In this document: positions 51,660 through 64,000 of the stretch, in pieces
How the letters are laid out: each line of letters starts with the position of its first letter
Position numbering within the stretch: position 1 is the stretch's first letter
Source: Trichoplax adhaerens
Lineage: Eukaryota > Animalia > Placozoa
DNA: 64,000 nucleotides
Direction of reading: 5' to 3'
Assembly (NCBI RefSeq): GCF_000150275.1
Contig: NW_002060977.1
Span: 5,235 to 69,234, forward strand
Notes under the pieces: generated by a model
Database searches by the model: none
The model's input: the letters and a program-made list of their open reading frames with translations, nothing else
Told to the model about the DNA's origin: nothing
Position numbers and translations under genes: made by a program

Positions 51660-52274
51660 ATCACCTTTCATCCCTAGATCTACGTTTAAAGGATAGATAT
51701 TCCAAAGTATTTATGCCAAAGTAATGAATGAGATTACTGAAGTAGCTAGTTAATGATCACTAAATATTCTGGTAGTTAATTGCGAGCGATGATTAAAATA
51801 TCAAATGTAACATCAACACAGTGCACTATAACACTAACGGTATATTTGTGAATCCTGTATGATACTTATATTTATTTATGATTACTATACGATATTTTTA
51901 AATCTTTGCGCACAATTTTACGCTACGATAAAGATATTTGGGTCGAAACAATATTAAAATACCAAAAGATACTTGTTTTCAAGGATTAAGTAAACGATAT
52001 TTGATGTGAATGTAACGAGTAAAGCAAACAATCTATTTCAATTGGTCTTGGTACAGTTAAGTATGTCGTGACGCTAATCAGTTTATCAGCTAATTAACTA
52101 AACTAAGCCTAACTATGCATTATAGTATCCTATCAATGCACTACAAGATAATGAGGTATAATGGAGATTAACCGCTGTATATTTAATACTTTGACTTGTG
52201 TTAGAAATTTTACAAGCCTTCAAGGAAAAGCTATACCATATGCAGCAAAAGAGACATTCTATCGCGTACCAGAG
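51660..52274 (+). pseudogene. Orphan remnant of the last two LRR exons of an LGR paralog
   Basis: Colinear with about 38745-39290 including intron sequence. Exon 51934-52005 reads YLGRNNIKIPKDTCFQGLSK; the second exon has acceptor AG>AC and is truncated at about 52274. Confidence 0.8.
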
Positions 52275-52766
52275 TGTAGTGTATGGGTTCTTAATGCTAG
52301 GCTCACAATCTGATAACTTAAAATTTGAGGTGTTTAATAGAGTAAATCTTTAATGTGATACATATAGTCAGCACTATTTTATTGAATTTCAGATTAATGT
52401 TTATTGTATCTGTTTGTCGGAGAAGAATTCCAAATTTCTTCCCCTTATAGGAGCCGCCGAAAGAGGCTAAGACAAATCAAATACATGACTTAGCCTTTAC
52501 GATAACAATTCCATCAGCTCATATTAATTGCAATCGAATATTCCTGGTCATAGAAGTCATCAATCGCATTATGACATTGCTTTATAATAGCACTTAATAT
52601 GGCAATCAGCTGCGGCCTTGTATAGCCCATAGTGCATGTGAACCGCTTCATCATTCTAGCCATAATTAATCAACACTTACTTTACTAAGATATACAGTTC
52701 TACATTATATACTGTACTATCACTGTATTTTCATAACACATAACTACTGCAATTAGCTGAAATCAT

Positions 52767-53075
52767 TGCACTGGTCGACTTAATGAAACTTAGACACGAA
52801 ATAAAAACTGGGAAAACAACCTAATAAGAATTTATTTTAAACGTGAGAGAGATATGCTGTAGACTAAATAATCTTTCAGATACGTAATTATAAGTATCAT
52901 AAAGAAAAAATAAGAAAAAGACGACAGACTTAAAACTGTCAACCACCAAACAACATTACAAAAAGAACAACGCTTTCACTTACTACAGTTCGACCCGAAG
53001 GTCTTTAAAATTTAACGAGGTCTTCAAGGAATCTTCTCCCGTCTTTCTCTCTAAATTTTCTAATTGCATCATCTT
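52767..53075 (-). mobile_element. Partial copy of the 9016 repeat
   Basis: Direct similarity to 9016-9325. Confidence 0.6.
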
Positions 53076-53336
53076 TTATTTTCTAAAAATTGCATAATCG
53101 CTTATCAAAATATTTTATGCGACGGCTATAACTTTTCTGACTTTGTATTGACAGTTGCTGTTTTAGTACGAAGTTGTACAGTAACCATGTTACCGTATTT
53201 ATTCAAAAATTTGTCATTTACAAAATCACTTGGCATTTTGTAAAATGACGTTAACAACCATACGATAGTACCATACACTACAGTACCTTGCCATCAAGCT
53301 ATAAAACCCCTTACTTTAATAAAAAGGCTATGCTAT

Positions 53337-53904
53337 TGTGATATATACCAATCACGAAATTTCCAAATTTTAGAAAAATAAGGGCTTTATTGAATCTTAT
53401 ACAAAGATTAACTACACACAGCTCCACTTTAGCCGAATGCTACTACTAAAGACTTCTAGAACGAACTAACAGAGTAATCTAAAGTTGCATGCTTTTATAC
53501 TTTCCGTAGCATTCGCAGCTACAATCCGCATAGCAACCTTTTACCTTATTTTATACATAGTTAAATTATTCTTAGTAAGACTATTCTACTGCGGACCATC
53601 ATTAATCCAATATGGATACGACTACAGTATTTACGTAGACATTATTCACACCAGCCAAAGTACAATGAATTAACCATATCCTAATATATGATTTACAGTT
53701 CTATTTTTACCTATAGCCTTATTAGTAACTTAATAATTTATCACTTTACTGTATATAGTCATCTGTAGTTCTGTACTCTAGCATAGAGTCTATACCACTA
53801 CAGTCTATAGTTATAGCTACCAAATATCTCTTAGGATAAATATCTACCGTACATTATACTAAACATGGCTAACAGTCTACAATCAAAATACTAGTTACAT
53901 TACA
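53337..53904 (-). mobile_element. Solo LTR, 568 bp (sister of 18622-19172)
   Basis: TGTGAT...ATTACA termini, perfect TSD GCTAT. Confidence 0.88.
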
Positions 53905-56833
53905 GCTATAGATTCAAAATCATTTATAATCTCAATAGACTATCAAAGGCTCTTTCTTTAGATTAGGTGATTGCTCCTAGATCACTTCTATAGTAATACA
54001 TACACATAAAACCTTGTAAAATAGTAAAGAAGAAAAGATGGCAACATCGTGACTTGGCAGGGTAAAACTTAAAAATACGTTTCACTTTCTATGTATTTTC
54101 TATAGTAAAGTAACAGTAGCTTCATACTAAAAGCTATAAAGACTTCGCTTTTAGTCCTTTACTGCAAATGAATTTAATTTCAATTGTTTAGGCCAATTTC
54201 GTGTGCATATAAAATAATCATAAGATCACTGTCAGATCTGTATACTTTTGTTTATTGTTCTTTACCAAGTACGGTACCGTACTAAATTTTGAACATTAAT
54301 TTGTTTTATATAGAAGATTCTAGCCTTTAGCCATGAATTGAAGGGCTAAGGAGCTTGTAGTAACCACACGTTATAACCCATACAGATATTTGCCCTTAAA
54401 CAAACGTAAATGATCTGTACTAGTAATTGCTATTCGATAATTAAAATCTATCCATGGTTGGCCCGATCCGGTAAGTGATAACTTTAACATATTCGTCGAT
54501 TATAGAATTACAGAATCTAAGCAGTTTACAATTATAATTATTGAAGTAATTTCTTGCAATACATTATGATATTATCGAAGCATACGTTATTAAGAATTTC
54601 TGATAACGTAAAATAAGTAGTTTTCCAAGCACGAGTTTCTATGTAATTATCACTAAATTCAATAGTTAAAAACAGATGAAAAAAATTGAACGTAGAACAA
54701 GAACAATTCGTTAATGTTTAGAGAAAAATCCCTTCACTATCGCTATACAAAATTTGCGATTTGTGGTTAAAAGATTTGCTATATTTTTTTGCTTAACTAG
54801 CCTCCGTTTGTAATAGAGACATTTTACTCGAAAACAATGATATATCAAGGTTTCAGCTCGTTGCCCAGCTGTGGTGCTATCTAGCCATGAGGCTTGGGGC
54901 TCGCGAAGACTTTATTGAAAGGTGCAGACATAATGAGTTTAATTTACGTTTACTCATCCATTAATTTTCAAAAATATCATTAATAATTTATTTAAGTCTC
55001 CTATCTCAACTCATAATTTATAACACTAACGAATAGGGTTGTCAGTAGCAACCAAAGAACTGTAACTAAAATATCTTGGATCATGTTTTACAGCGAATAA
55101 GCAGTTAATGCTTTATGATGAAGCAGCCATAATAACACCAATAGCAGTTACGAAATACATACTAAATATAAAACCATGTCTACAGACCACCTACAATGAG
55201 CAAGAAATTAATAGGCAGTTTATTATCTAATCTGGAAAAACAAACAAATTAGATAAATAGACTATTTATTAATTGGTTAAACAAAAATAGTCGAGATGCT
55301 AATTTGCCGCAGTTTGATGATTTTTATTTTTATCACTAGTTAATGCAACTTACAATAGCTTAATAATTTACCAGTAACATTTAATGGACTATGCTATTAA
55401 GTAGGAATTCAGTTGAAACATTGATTCTCTAAAATAATATGTTCCAACTTTTATAAGTTTTTTAAGTCTCTTTATTGTTAATTAGAAATATTTCAGGTTG
55501 ATATCAGAAGCTTTTTAGAGTAATATACTCATATGAGCCATGAAGGCATTACATAAATTTAGATTTTTAATTAATGTCTATTAAATATTTCGCTCGCATA
55601 ACAAAGTTTTATCGCAGAAGCCTGCACAGTACCTTTTAATACTTAAATTTTTGAACATGTCATCATAATACGTGGTATGATCCCATTTGTTGCAATACTA
55701 GATAAACACTAATTTAGCCAATATGGAAATATGTCGCTATATTCGTTTTTAAATAGAATTATCTAAATATAGCTGGATGCCGTATTTTTTAAGATTAATT
55801 ATGGTAAACAGTACCTTCTTTGTTCAATATACGTTAGCTAGATATGTATGTGCTTGCAGTTAGAAAGATATATATATTTACACATACGAGCATGTAGTTA
55901 GCGATGTTCGATTCAAAACGTTAAGGCAAAAATAATTGATTGAGACAAGAAGAAATGCGAAATAAAAATTATTTAGGAATATATGGTATATTTATGTGTT
56001 TAACAATTTTATGAAGCCTGCATTAAGGCTTGTACAGTATAATCGATAACATCTTCACAAACATCACTCCGTATGATCCGAAACTCTATTGAAGCTTTGC
56101 TAACACTAATCGATGAGAAATAATTAAAACTTCGAATCAAATTTGTAAAGCAAATCAATTCAGTGTAGATGTTTATAGTTTAAAGAATACGGTAATGAAG
56201 ACATTTATTATTTATAATGCAATAAACAATGAAATAATAAGAATCCTACTAGTTTAATTACAAAAAAAATTTGACTAAATTCAGGTACGATCAAGCTTTA
56301 GATTAAAAATTATACAGAAGCGATTTTCAATTTAAGTGTTGTATCATAATATTTAGTACTACGATCAAAAATATCTACTTGCAACTTTAAATTAATTAAT
56401 TATTAATAATTTGGTCATTATAATTTTCTCTTATTGAATGCTGTTTGCTATTTAATAAAGCAGACGATCGATTGAGAAAATTCTTAGTTTCAAACGGCAT
56501 CTCGAGAGTGCAAATTTTTATCCTTTCTAATCATACTTTAAATTCATGTTTAGGTATTACAAAAATAACTTTTATATGTTGTGTTGTTACTAATATAATT
56601 ATTATAAACGTGTATACTAGTACATTATACAACTCTTTGATATTTAAAATGTTTAGCTGACTTATAACTGTGTAGCTGCAATTCAATTTCCTATAAGTAG
56701 AGTATTGCTTTATGTGAATATGAAAACGTTTTAGCAGATCTCTAATCAAAATCTTTGACTATTCTCCATTTATTAGAGAAATTAATAAGAACTGGTGAAA
56801 GTTATTCAGTCAAATTCGGAACTTTATGAAATC

Positions 56834-59800
56834 ATGTTAATATCGCTATTTCTTAGAACACTATCATTGAACATGACGGTAATATTTCTGATGGTCCATT
56901 TTTCAGGTTGGTTAATTCTCACTAACAGTAAAATGTTGATTACATACAGCCTAAAATCTTATTTAACTACGCTGTAATATCGCTTAAAAAATTAGCCATT
57001 ATAGATTAATTTGTTTTTGAACTATCATTAAGAATCTTGCACGATTTGGCAAGTGATTATCAAGCTGTAATAAAAGTATCTCATAGCTACTCTATTAAAT
57101 CCAAGTGTATTTCTCTTAAAATAATTGTCTCAGTCAAGATAGAATTTAAAAAGTTGCTTATGTTATAGAGTTTAAGAATGGTAAAACACTAATTAGTTAG
57201 TAGTAAGAATCTAATCTAAGGTTTCTAGAACTCAAATAAGTAAAGAGATTCAAACCAACCTTTGCAATTCTTAAATACATTTCATTTGATCTATATACGA
57301 TATTGTAACAATGTAGCCTACGATCAGACTTCGGTCATCAAATACAACACTTCTTAATCAGAAATTTAATACACTTATCATACAAATCAATCATCTCAAA
57401 ATATTTTACTCTTGCACTAATGTGCAACTCTGCAATCTTCACATCTAAAGTGCATCAAGCAATATAAATCTTGCATCATAATTGACTAACTCGCAGTAGG
57501 AAGGAATTCATATATATTATGATAGCTTAGTTATGAATTTTCTTTTAATGTAATGCTTTGTGTAGAATACGTTCCCGTTCGTAGTCAACAATTTCTAATA
57601 AAAATTTTAGCAATCATCCAATGTTAGCGTAACGATAGTCATTATTTAAGAAATTAAAAAAGTTAAATTTGGCATTTTAGTCAGCAAAATGATATAACAT
57701 CCAGCTACAATCTGTTATTAGAAACCTAACTATATGAAATATAGCTATCGATACTCGTGTAATAAATTAAGGGGTGCATTACATCACTGTACAAACTTTA
57801 AGGTACTGTATAATGGATCCTATCAGTAGTTCTTTCATGCCTTATTTTATCGTAAATTTTTATAATATTTACTGTACTTATTTCACAGTATTCATCCTCA
57901 GCTTGTTAAATATTCTAACATTTTTCGAGTTATTCAATTTTAATATTTTTCGTTTTGTTCGGCCTCATTAATAAATCTGATGCCTTCAATTTGAATTGTA
58001 TGAATATTTGTTTGTCACTATAAATTATTGAAGCACTTGCTAGTTATTGCTACTATCATATGAAAATTAGAGTAAAAATTATAATAGTTGTTATATTCTG
58101 GAAGATTGAGAGTCTATCATATTCACAAGAAGTTATAACTGAATAATGAAATGAAAAATTAGTCTGTATTTTAGTTTAAGTGGGAAGGAAACCGTGTAAG
58201 GTATAGCATTTATAACGACTAAACTAGTCGAGTAGCTATGGTAAAGTAGAAAAGATAAATTCAAACAAGCTTACCATGTAACTAGTAAACTAGCTAACTA
58301 ATAAGATAAATGCCTGAAGACGCCTTTTAAAATGTGGGAAGCAAGGCAAGACAGGATTTTAATGAGAAATAATAATATTCTTACTTCTATATTCTATTTA
58401 GAATACTATAGTGAATGTTATTACTGCTGTTGATTAGCCTTGTTAAATATCAACCCTCTTGTAATTAAAGTGTCTCGCAATAGCTGTCTCAGTCAAATAG
58501 TATTTTCCAAAAGGCTTTTATTACAAGATTTTAGGAATAATAGAGCAATAATTAATTATTACAAGAATCCAGTAGGAACCTTAAATATTTCGAGCTCAAA
58601 GCGAAGCGAAATCTCTTCTCTCTCTCTCTCTCTCTGATCTCATATTCACAATTCTTAAATACATTTCACTAAATCCTTTTATAACAGCTTTATTAATCTA
58701 TAATCAGACTTGTGTCAAACAGTATACTATTGTTAACTAGAATATCAGTATCTTTTACAATCTGAAATCACTCTACGTAAGATGTTACAACTCTTCTATT
58801 AATTTCCAGCACATTTCGGTGTTGGGCACCTTCATAATTACAGTATTTCTAGTCTTATAAATCTTGTAACATAATTAGTCAATTGGCTAATATTAGTTAT
58901 CAGCAATTTCTACAATAGTTATCAATCATCTTATACTACTACAAATTCACGTCGCTTTGCTGACGGTTTACGATAATGTACTTATTTGTTAATAATTAAC
59001 AGATTGTATTACCATTCGACATTATTTATATCCCAGTAATAGCTAGACACTACTATATTCACAGCTATGCTTGTAGAATACTACTTTTCAATAATGACTT
59101 GACGGATGAAATACTATATTAAGATTAGTTAATGGTTCAAAGCACATTATGATAACTAATGTACGGTGATGGACATACCAAGTTAAGATTAGCAGGTACT
59201 GTAAGATATCTACAGTGCGGTACAATGCCCTTCGTACTGTGGTCAATTCTATACCAATCATTATAATGTGTCTAAGGATCGCTTGAGTATGCAAGCAAAG
59301 CTTGCTCTGTCGATAGTAACCGTTATAAGAAAATGTAACTATCAAAATGGCTGTGTAGAAAACTCTATAAAGATTCTATGTTTATTCAATTTTCATCAGA
59401 ATATTACATCAAATCAAATGGGTGGGATTAGCTTCACGATAATATCCATGTTTAGTAACCTAACTAGATACAAATATTGCCATTAACATAAACAAATATA
59501 ACTACGCTAATGGTCAAATATTATAGACTAGCTTACACAATCCTTTTTAAATATTGTAATGAAAGTAAAATTTTAGCTAAAGTTCGTAGGCCTAACTTTA
59601 TTGTGGTTTAGTAAACTTATACAGGATAAGAAATAGTCTGCCGCATTACACACACAATTTGATGTATGCAAATATTTCTGCAATTTAAACTTAGCTATAC
59701 TATTGAAAGATACTCTCGGGTATTTTAGTAAACTAGTTAGCCATGCATTAGGAGTAAGTATTCTCGTTTTAATATGTCATTATACATTTTTAGAAGTTTA

Positions 59801-62800
59801 GATTTATGACGTCTACAAAACCCGGACCTACGCTTATTTAGAACTATGCACAGTTGTGACAGTATTGAATACTGTATTAGAGTAGAAATATCTATATTAG
59901 GATAATTCTGTTAGACTATCCTTATTTAGTTAACTTCCAATTTGGATATTCTGCGTTTTAATATAGCACTGACTTTTTATGACAGTGACACTTATGCACA
60001 TACTGAAATTAATAGCTATAATAGGGAATGCAAATCATCTACTTACAGTTCCAATCATTGTGATTGTAATTTACTTATGGTAGATTGTAAATTATCATGG
60101 AAATGTTCCGTGATAGGACATATCGTAATCTGACTATTCTGTATTAGTCATTACATGTCTATGTTTGTAAATACTGTTGTCTGCATTAAGGGAGCAGTAG
60201 CTAAAACTAACATCTAATTCAGTAAATGATTTCAATGTTAATTGTATTAACTATGGCTCATGAACTATTGAGGAAGAGTATATAAATGCAGTATATCGTG
60301 AAATAAAGTGGATTCCCAAACTTAGTGTTTAACGTAAAATATGAGGCGTTTAAGTCTTTGTGTATTCTGTTAGTAGAGCAAAAGTGTTTGTGATAGTGCA
60401 GATATCGTTCCTTGATACGTAGTTCAAGGAATTGACTTATTGATTGTACAGTACATTACGTTATCTTGTTGCAAAGCTGTTTTGTGGCAATAGTTTTAGC
60501 GGTAGTTTAAAGATTACAACTTACTAAATTATTTATTTTGCTAGTGCTAACTGATCTAAAATGCTAAATATCTTATAATTATGTAATAAACTTGTAGTCT
60601 GCTATACTAGTAGCTGTTCTTGTATCATATTATGATGTCTGCAGATAAGTATTTCTAACTGTCGTTCTATAGTAATATATTGATTTAATATCGTGATTTG
60701 CCATAAATAATTTAAATGGATTCATCAGTTTATTGCAATAATGAATAAACAACTGAAATTGAATTTCATTATCAAAACAATAGACCAGCAAGAAAGCAGA
60801 CCTTTCAAAGCAATAATTCCATTCAACGCAATTCCTAAACCTCAGCCTGAGTTTAAGCCAAAATGGTGCCCAATGAAGTGCAGTTGTGAAGTTATCAAGA
60901 TTAATAGAATTTATGAATCGAAAGGTGAAATGGTCTGCAACTTCGGAAATTGGACTTTAACTTCTGCTTGGAAACCGGAATTCTTGAACATTACTGATTT
61001 GTAATAATTTCGTATATGATTTATCTTTCAATCTGTACACAACAATAAATAGTTGACTTGTAATGAACCAAATATGTACTAAAATCTTGTTCCATAACTT
61101 GATATATATGTAATTTAGAAAGGTGAAACAAACAGTGATTGAGGCAGTAACAAGTGCCACATTTTATTCCTTTGCGAATCTTATCAAGCTGTAAGGATTA
61201 ACTGATTTTCTGTAGTGCTAGTTAAGTTTTTCAAGCTCTGGCTTTTATGTACCCAAAGTTTGAATACATTCGTTCTGAGGAAACAAATTAATCTTTTCGA
61301 GAAATACTATCATGAATTCTAAATGCATTGATGTAATGATTTCGATCATTATTTAGCCAAATGTCAAAGACGAAAACCAGCTATATTGGGCCCCATTCAT
61401 TTTCAAATCTAAAGAAATTGAAATATGTGTAATCTATTAATTATATTCCATCAATTTAGCAACTAATAATTTTTTCTGTACGAATTTATTAATGGGTACA
61501 ACCAAAATATTTCAAATGCCTAACATTATTATATTACGAATATATTAGATCTATTACGGAGAATCGACTGCAAAGTTATTCTGATGCCTTTCACAGAATT
61601 CCGGAATTGTTGGCCTTGTGAGTAATTCAATGAAGATAGAAAAGCTTCGTAATTATATTAGAAAATAGCCATTAGGAAAAATCTAAGTTGTTGAAGAAAT
61701 CACTTGCTGACTATACGAAATTATTTCAAAAATTTAGTAAATAAACGAATTTTTTTCTGTACGGTATTAATAGAAAATTCTTCAATATAATCTATCAATA
61801 TTTAACTTTCAAAATATAGGAAGTTATCCAACAACTTGAAAATTGAAGTACAGCACTTGTTTTCTAGGCCGAGTAGATTAATTACTTTGTAGGAAATTTT
61901 TCAATTTTAAATATCCATAGTGTTACCATAAAAAGTACATAATGTATCCGTATTGCACCTATAGTATTAATCTCATGCTACTAAAATAGGCAGGCTAGAA
62001 ATACTCGCATAGCCAGTGTTTCTTCTGAGCATTTTACAAATTTAAGGCATCTCCATACTTTGTAAGTTACTAATTTCGTATTAGGTAGCACACAAGGGAT
62101 CCTTTATAATTCTTTTCAATTGGTTTAAAATTTCATTAAAGCCCTGATTTTCTACAGAAATGTTCTGAAAGTAAAATATACTTGTTTCTCTGTGTAATAT
62201 TAGGGACTTAGGCGTTAATTTAATTACTGAACTTGATAATGATTCATTCAATGGGCTTCATGAACTAACTAAATTGTTAGTAATTTACGAAAAGAACTCT
62301 TTGATATCGTTTAATATCACATATATAAATTAAATTTATAAACAAAAAGACTTTTTATTCAAGTAATTACTTCAATATGCTTTCGCTAATATATGTTTCT
62401 ATTATCAGGAAATTATTCTCTAATAAGATTAGAATGATTCATGATTTAAGTTTTAAAGAGCTGATAAGCTTAAAAATTTTGTAAGTTATCAACAAGTAAC
62501 CAAATAGCATTAAGTTAGATGCTTTAAGATTTCGTACTAAAACCGCAGATTTGAATTTTCAAAAGAATTTTAAGTTAATATAGCGGATGAAATATTGAAT
62601 TTTCTTTTCCTGTTTCTAGAGATTTAACAAGGAATAGGCTATCTACAGTTAACAAGAATTTACTGCACTTTTTAGTCAATTTACAAAAATTGTAAGTAAC
62701 TATAGAATAAGAACAAATCTAATAAAGTAAAAAGTAGCTACTTCGCTCGTTATAACTTTATGGTATTATTATCGAAATTTTATGGCACCAATAATGTGAA

Positions 62801-63481
62801 AATCAGCATAATAATTGCTGCATTATACTCTGTACTAATTTCATCCCACTTAGATATAGATTAAAAAGCCTTAAAGTAAATCTTACAGGATAATTTGGGA
62901 GCTTCTAATTTACCCGTTACCATAGGTACATGAATAGTAATTATATTTCCACTATACATCCAGAAGCATTTTCTTCTTTGACTTCCGCTACATTTATGTA
63001 AGTCACTAGTGATATTATACAAATACTCTTTCGTACATTAATGTCAGTATCCTTAAAAGGTTAAAAACTGTATTACAAGACTAAGATAATTGATTCATTT
63101 TATCAAATTCCAATGCTATTTATTGTAGTTTATTTTGGGAAAAATTATATGACATTCTATGAAGAACTTTAATTGATCAATGCGATCTATTTCGTTTCAG
63201 TTATTTATCGAACAACAGAATCTCGACGCTTTCCGATGATACCTTTAAAATGACCCATAATCTCAGATATTTGTAATAAATTAATCTTGAAGCCTATTTT
63301 GAGAGCAAAATGCATCATAAATAAAGCAATAATTGCACAAAGTGTCATAATTCGTTGGTACATACGAGTACGAGTAAACTAAATTTGAATTTAAAAATTT
63401 TAATTCTAGGTATTTAAATCAAAACCAAATAACGAAAATTACGGCATCACTATTCAGAAAGTTACACCAGCTAAGAAAATT
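56834..63481 (+). CDS. LGR-like receptor copy 4, N-terminal part (continues past the window)
   Basis: Signal exon 56834-56906 (MLISLFLRTLSLNMTVIFLMVHFS, phase 1, resembles copy 2 exon 1). LRRNT exon 60784-61000 (WCPMKCSC..MVCNFGNW). LRR exons: 61119-61190, 61357-61428, 61549-61617, 61820-61888, 61990-62061, 62204-62275, 62409-62480, 62620-62691, 62926-62997, 63201-63272, 63410-63481; size pattern identical to copy 2 (72,72,69,69,72...). The 7TM is not in the window, so GPCR status is inferred from paralogy. Confidence 0.82.
57095..58880. repeat. Diverged direct repeat (about 390 bp) in intron 1 of copy 4, with a (CT)n tract at about 58612-58635
   Basis: TGTCTCAGTCAA..CAATTCTTAAATACATTTCA..ATCAGACTT..TATAAATCTTG at about 57095-57490 and about 58465-58880. 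Confidence 0.6.
59855..60489 (+). mobile_element. Solo LTR, 635 bp (630-bp family)
   Basis: TGTGACA...TGTGGCA ends, TSD acagt/atagt, TATAAA then AATAAA; source of the repeated 63-aa ORF. Confidence 0.88.
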
Positions 63482-64000
63482 GTAAGAGAAATAGACTTTT
63501 CCTATTTTACTTTAAAGTAGATCTTTTAAAATTCGCCCGTTTGGTGTTAAGAATCAATCCAAAATTTAGCTAATATACGTACAAGAGACACTCATAAGAA
63601 CTAGACAGTAATAGGAGTAGCATACTTTCCCTTATTTTGAGCTGAAACAGTCAATATTGAAGTTATTTCATATAGCTTAAGGTATCATCATACCCTATCA
63701 ATTAAATATTTTCTCTGAGAAGTGATCAAATTTACCGTTGGTTGACATAAATGCTACTACCGTATAATATGTTTATTAAGCTAAAAAGGGGAAAAGCTAG
63801 AAGTGATTTTATAATATAATTTAAATTAATCCAATTAAGTTCCAATGATATATTACAAACTTTAACGAGTTTTAATATAGTCAAAAGTAAATAATTTAAT
63901 GATTAATATTGCATTAGTATTGAATCAGTTGTTAGCTATCATCATTAATCCAATTTTTACGTAGGAATTTATGAATAATGTATAAAATACCTATAATTTT

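Noticed and set aside
60561-60650. Apparent signal-peptide exon for copy 4 with a mutated donor (GCAG|ATAAGT)
   Set aside because: Contains stops and lacks GT; a clean phase-compatible signal exon similar to copy 2's exists at 56834-56906.
60741-60783. ATG at 60741 as the start of copy 4
   Set aside because: No hydrophobic leader; an AG acceptor at 60782-60783 matches the phase-1 structure of copy 2.

Overview
AT-rich, intron-dense eukaryotic (animal) genomic DNA; composition, small introns and the GPCR expansion would fit a basal metazoan such as a placozoan, but that is inference only. The window is a tandem, same-strand (+) cluster of leucine-rich-repeat-containing rhodopsin-class GPCR (LGR-like) genes. 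(1) A truncated copy with a premature TGA (4436-6157). (2) One apparently intact giant gene (15851-41656) that I spliced by hand into a signal-peptide exon, an LRRNT exon, 44 single-LRR phase-2 exons and one hinge+7TM exon, about 1539 aa. (3) A stop-containing near-duplicate fragment between two assembly gaps (46027-47003). (4) A 5'-gapped copy with a frameshifted C-tail (47116-50114). (5) An orphan two-exon remnant (about 51660-52274). (6) The 5' part of another intact-looking paralog (56834 to beyond the window end). Introns and spacers carry more than a dozen solo-LTR-like elements (TG...CA ends, 4-5 bp TSDs, some nested, many with hairpins at both termini), a foldback MITE and local tandem duplications. 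Most short ORFs in the supplied track are spurious. No RNA genes or CRISPR arrays were recognised.
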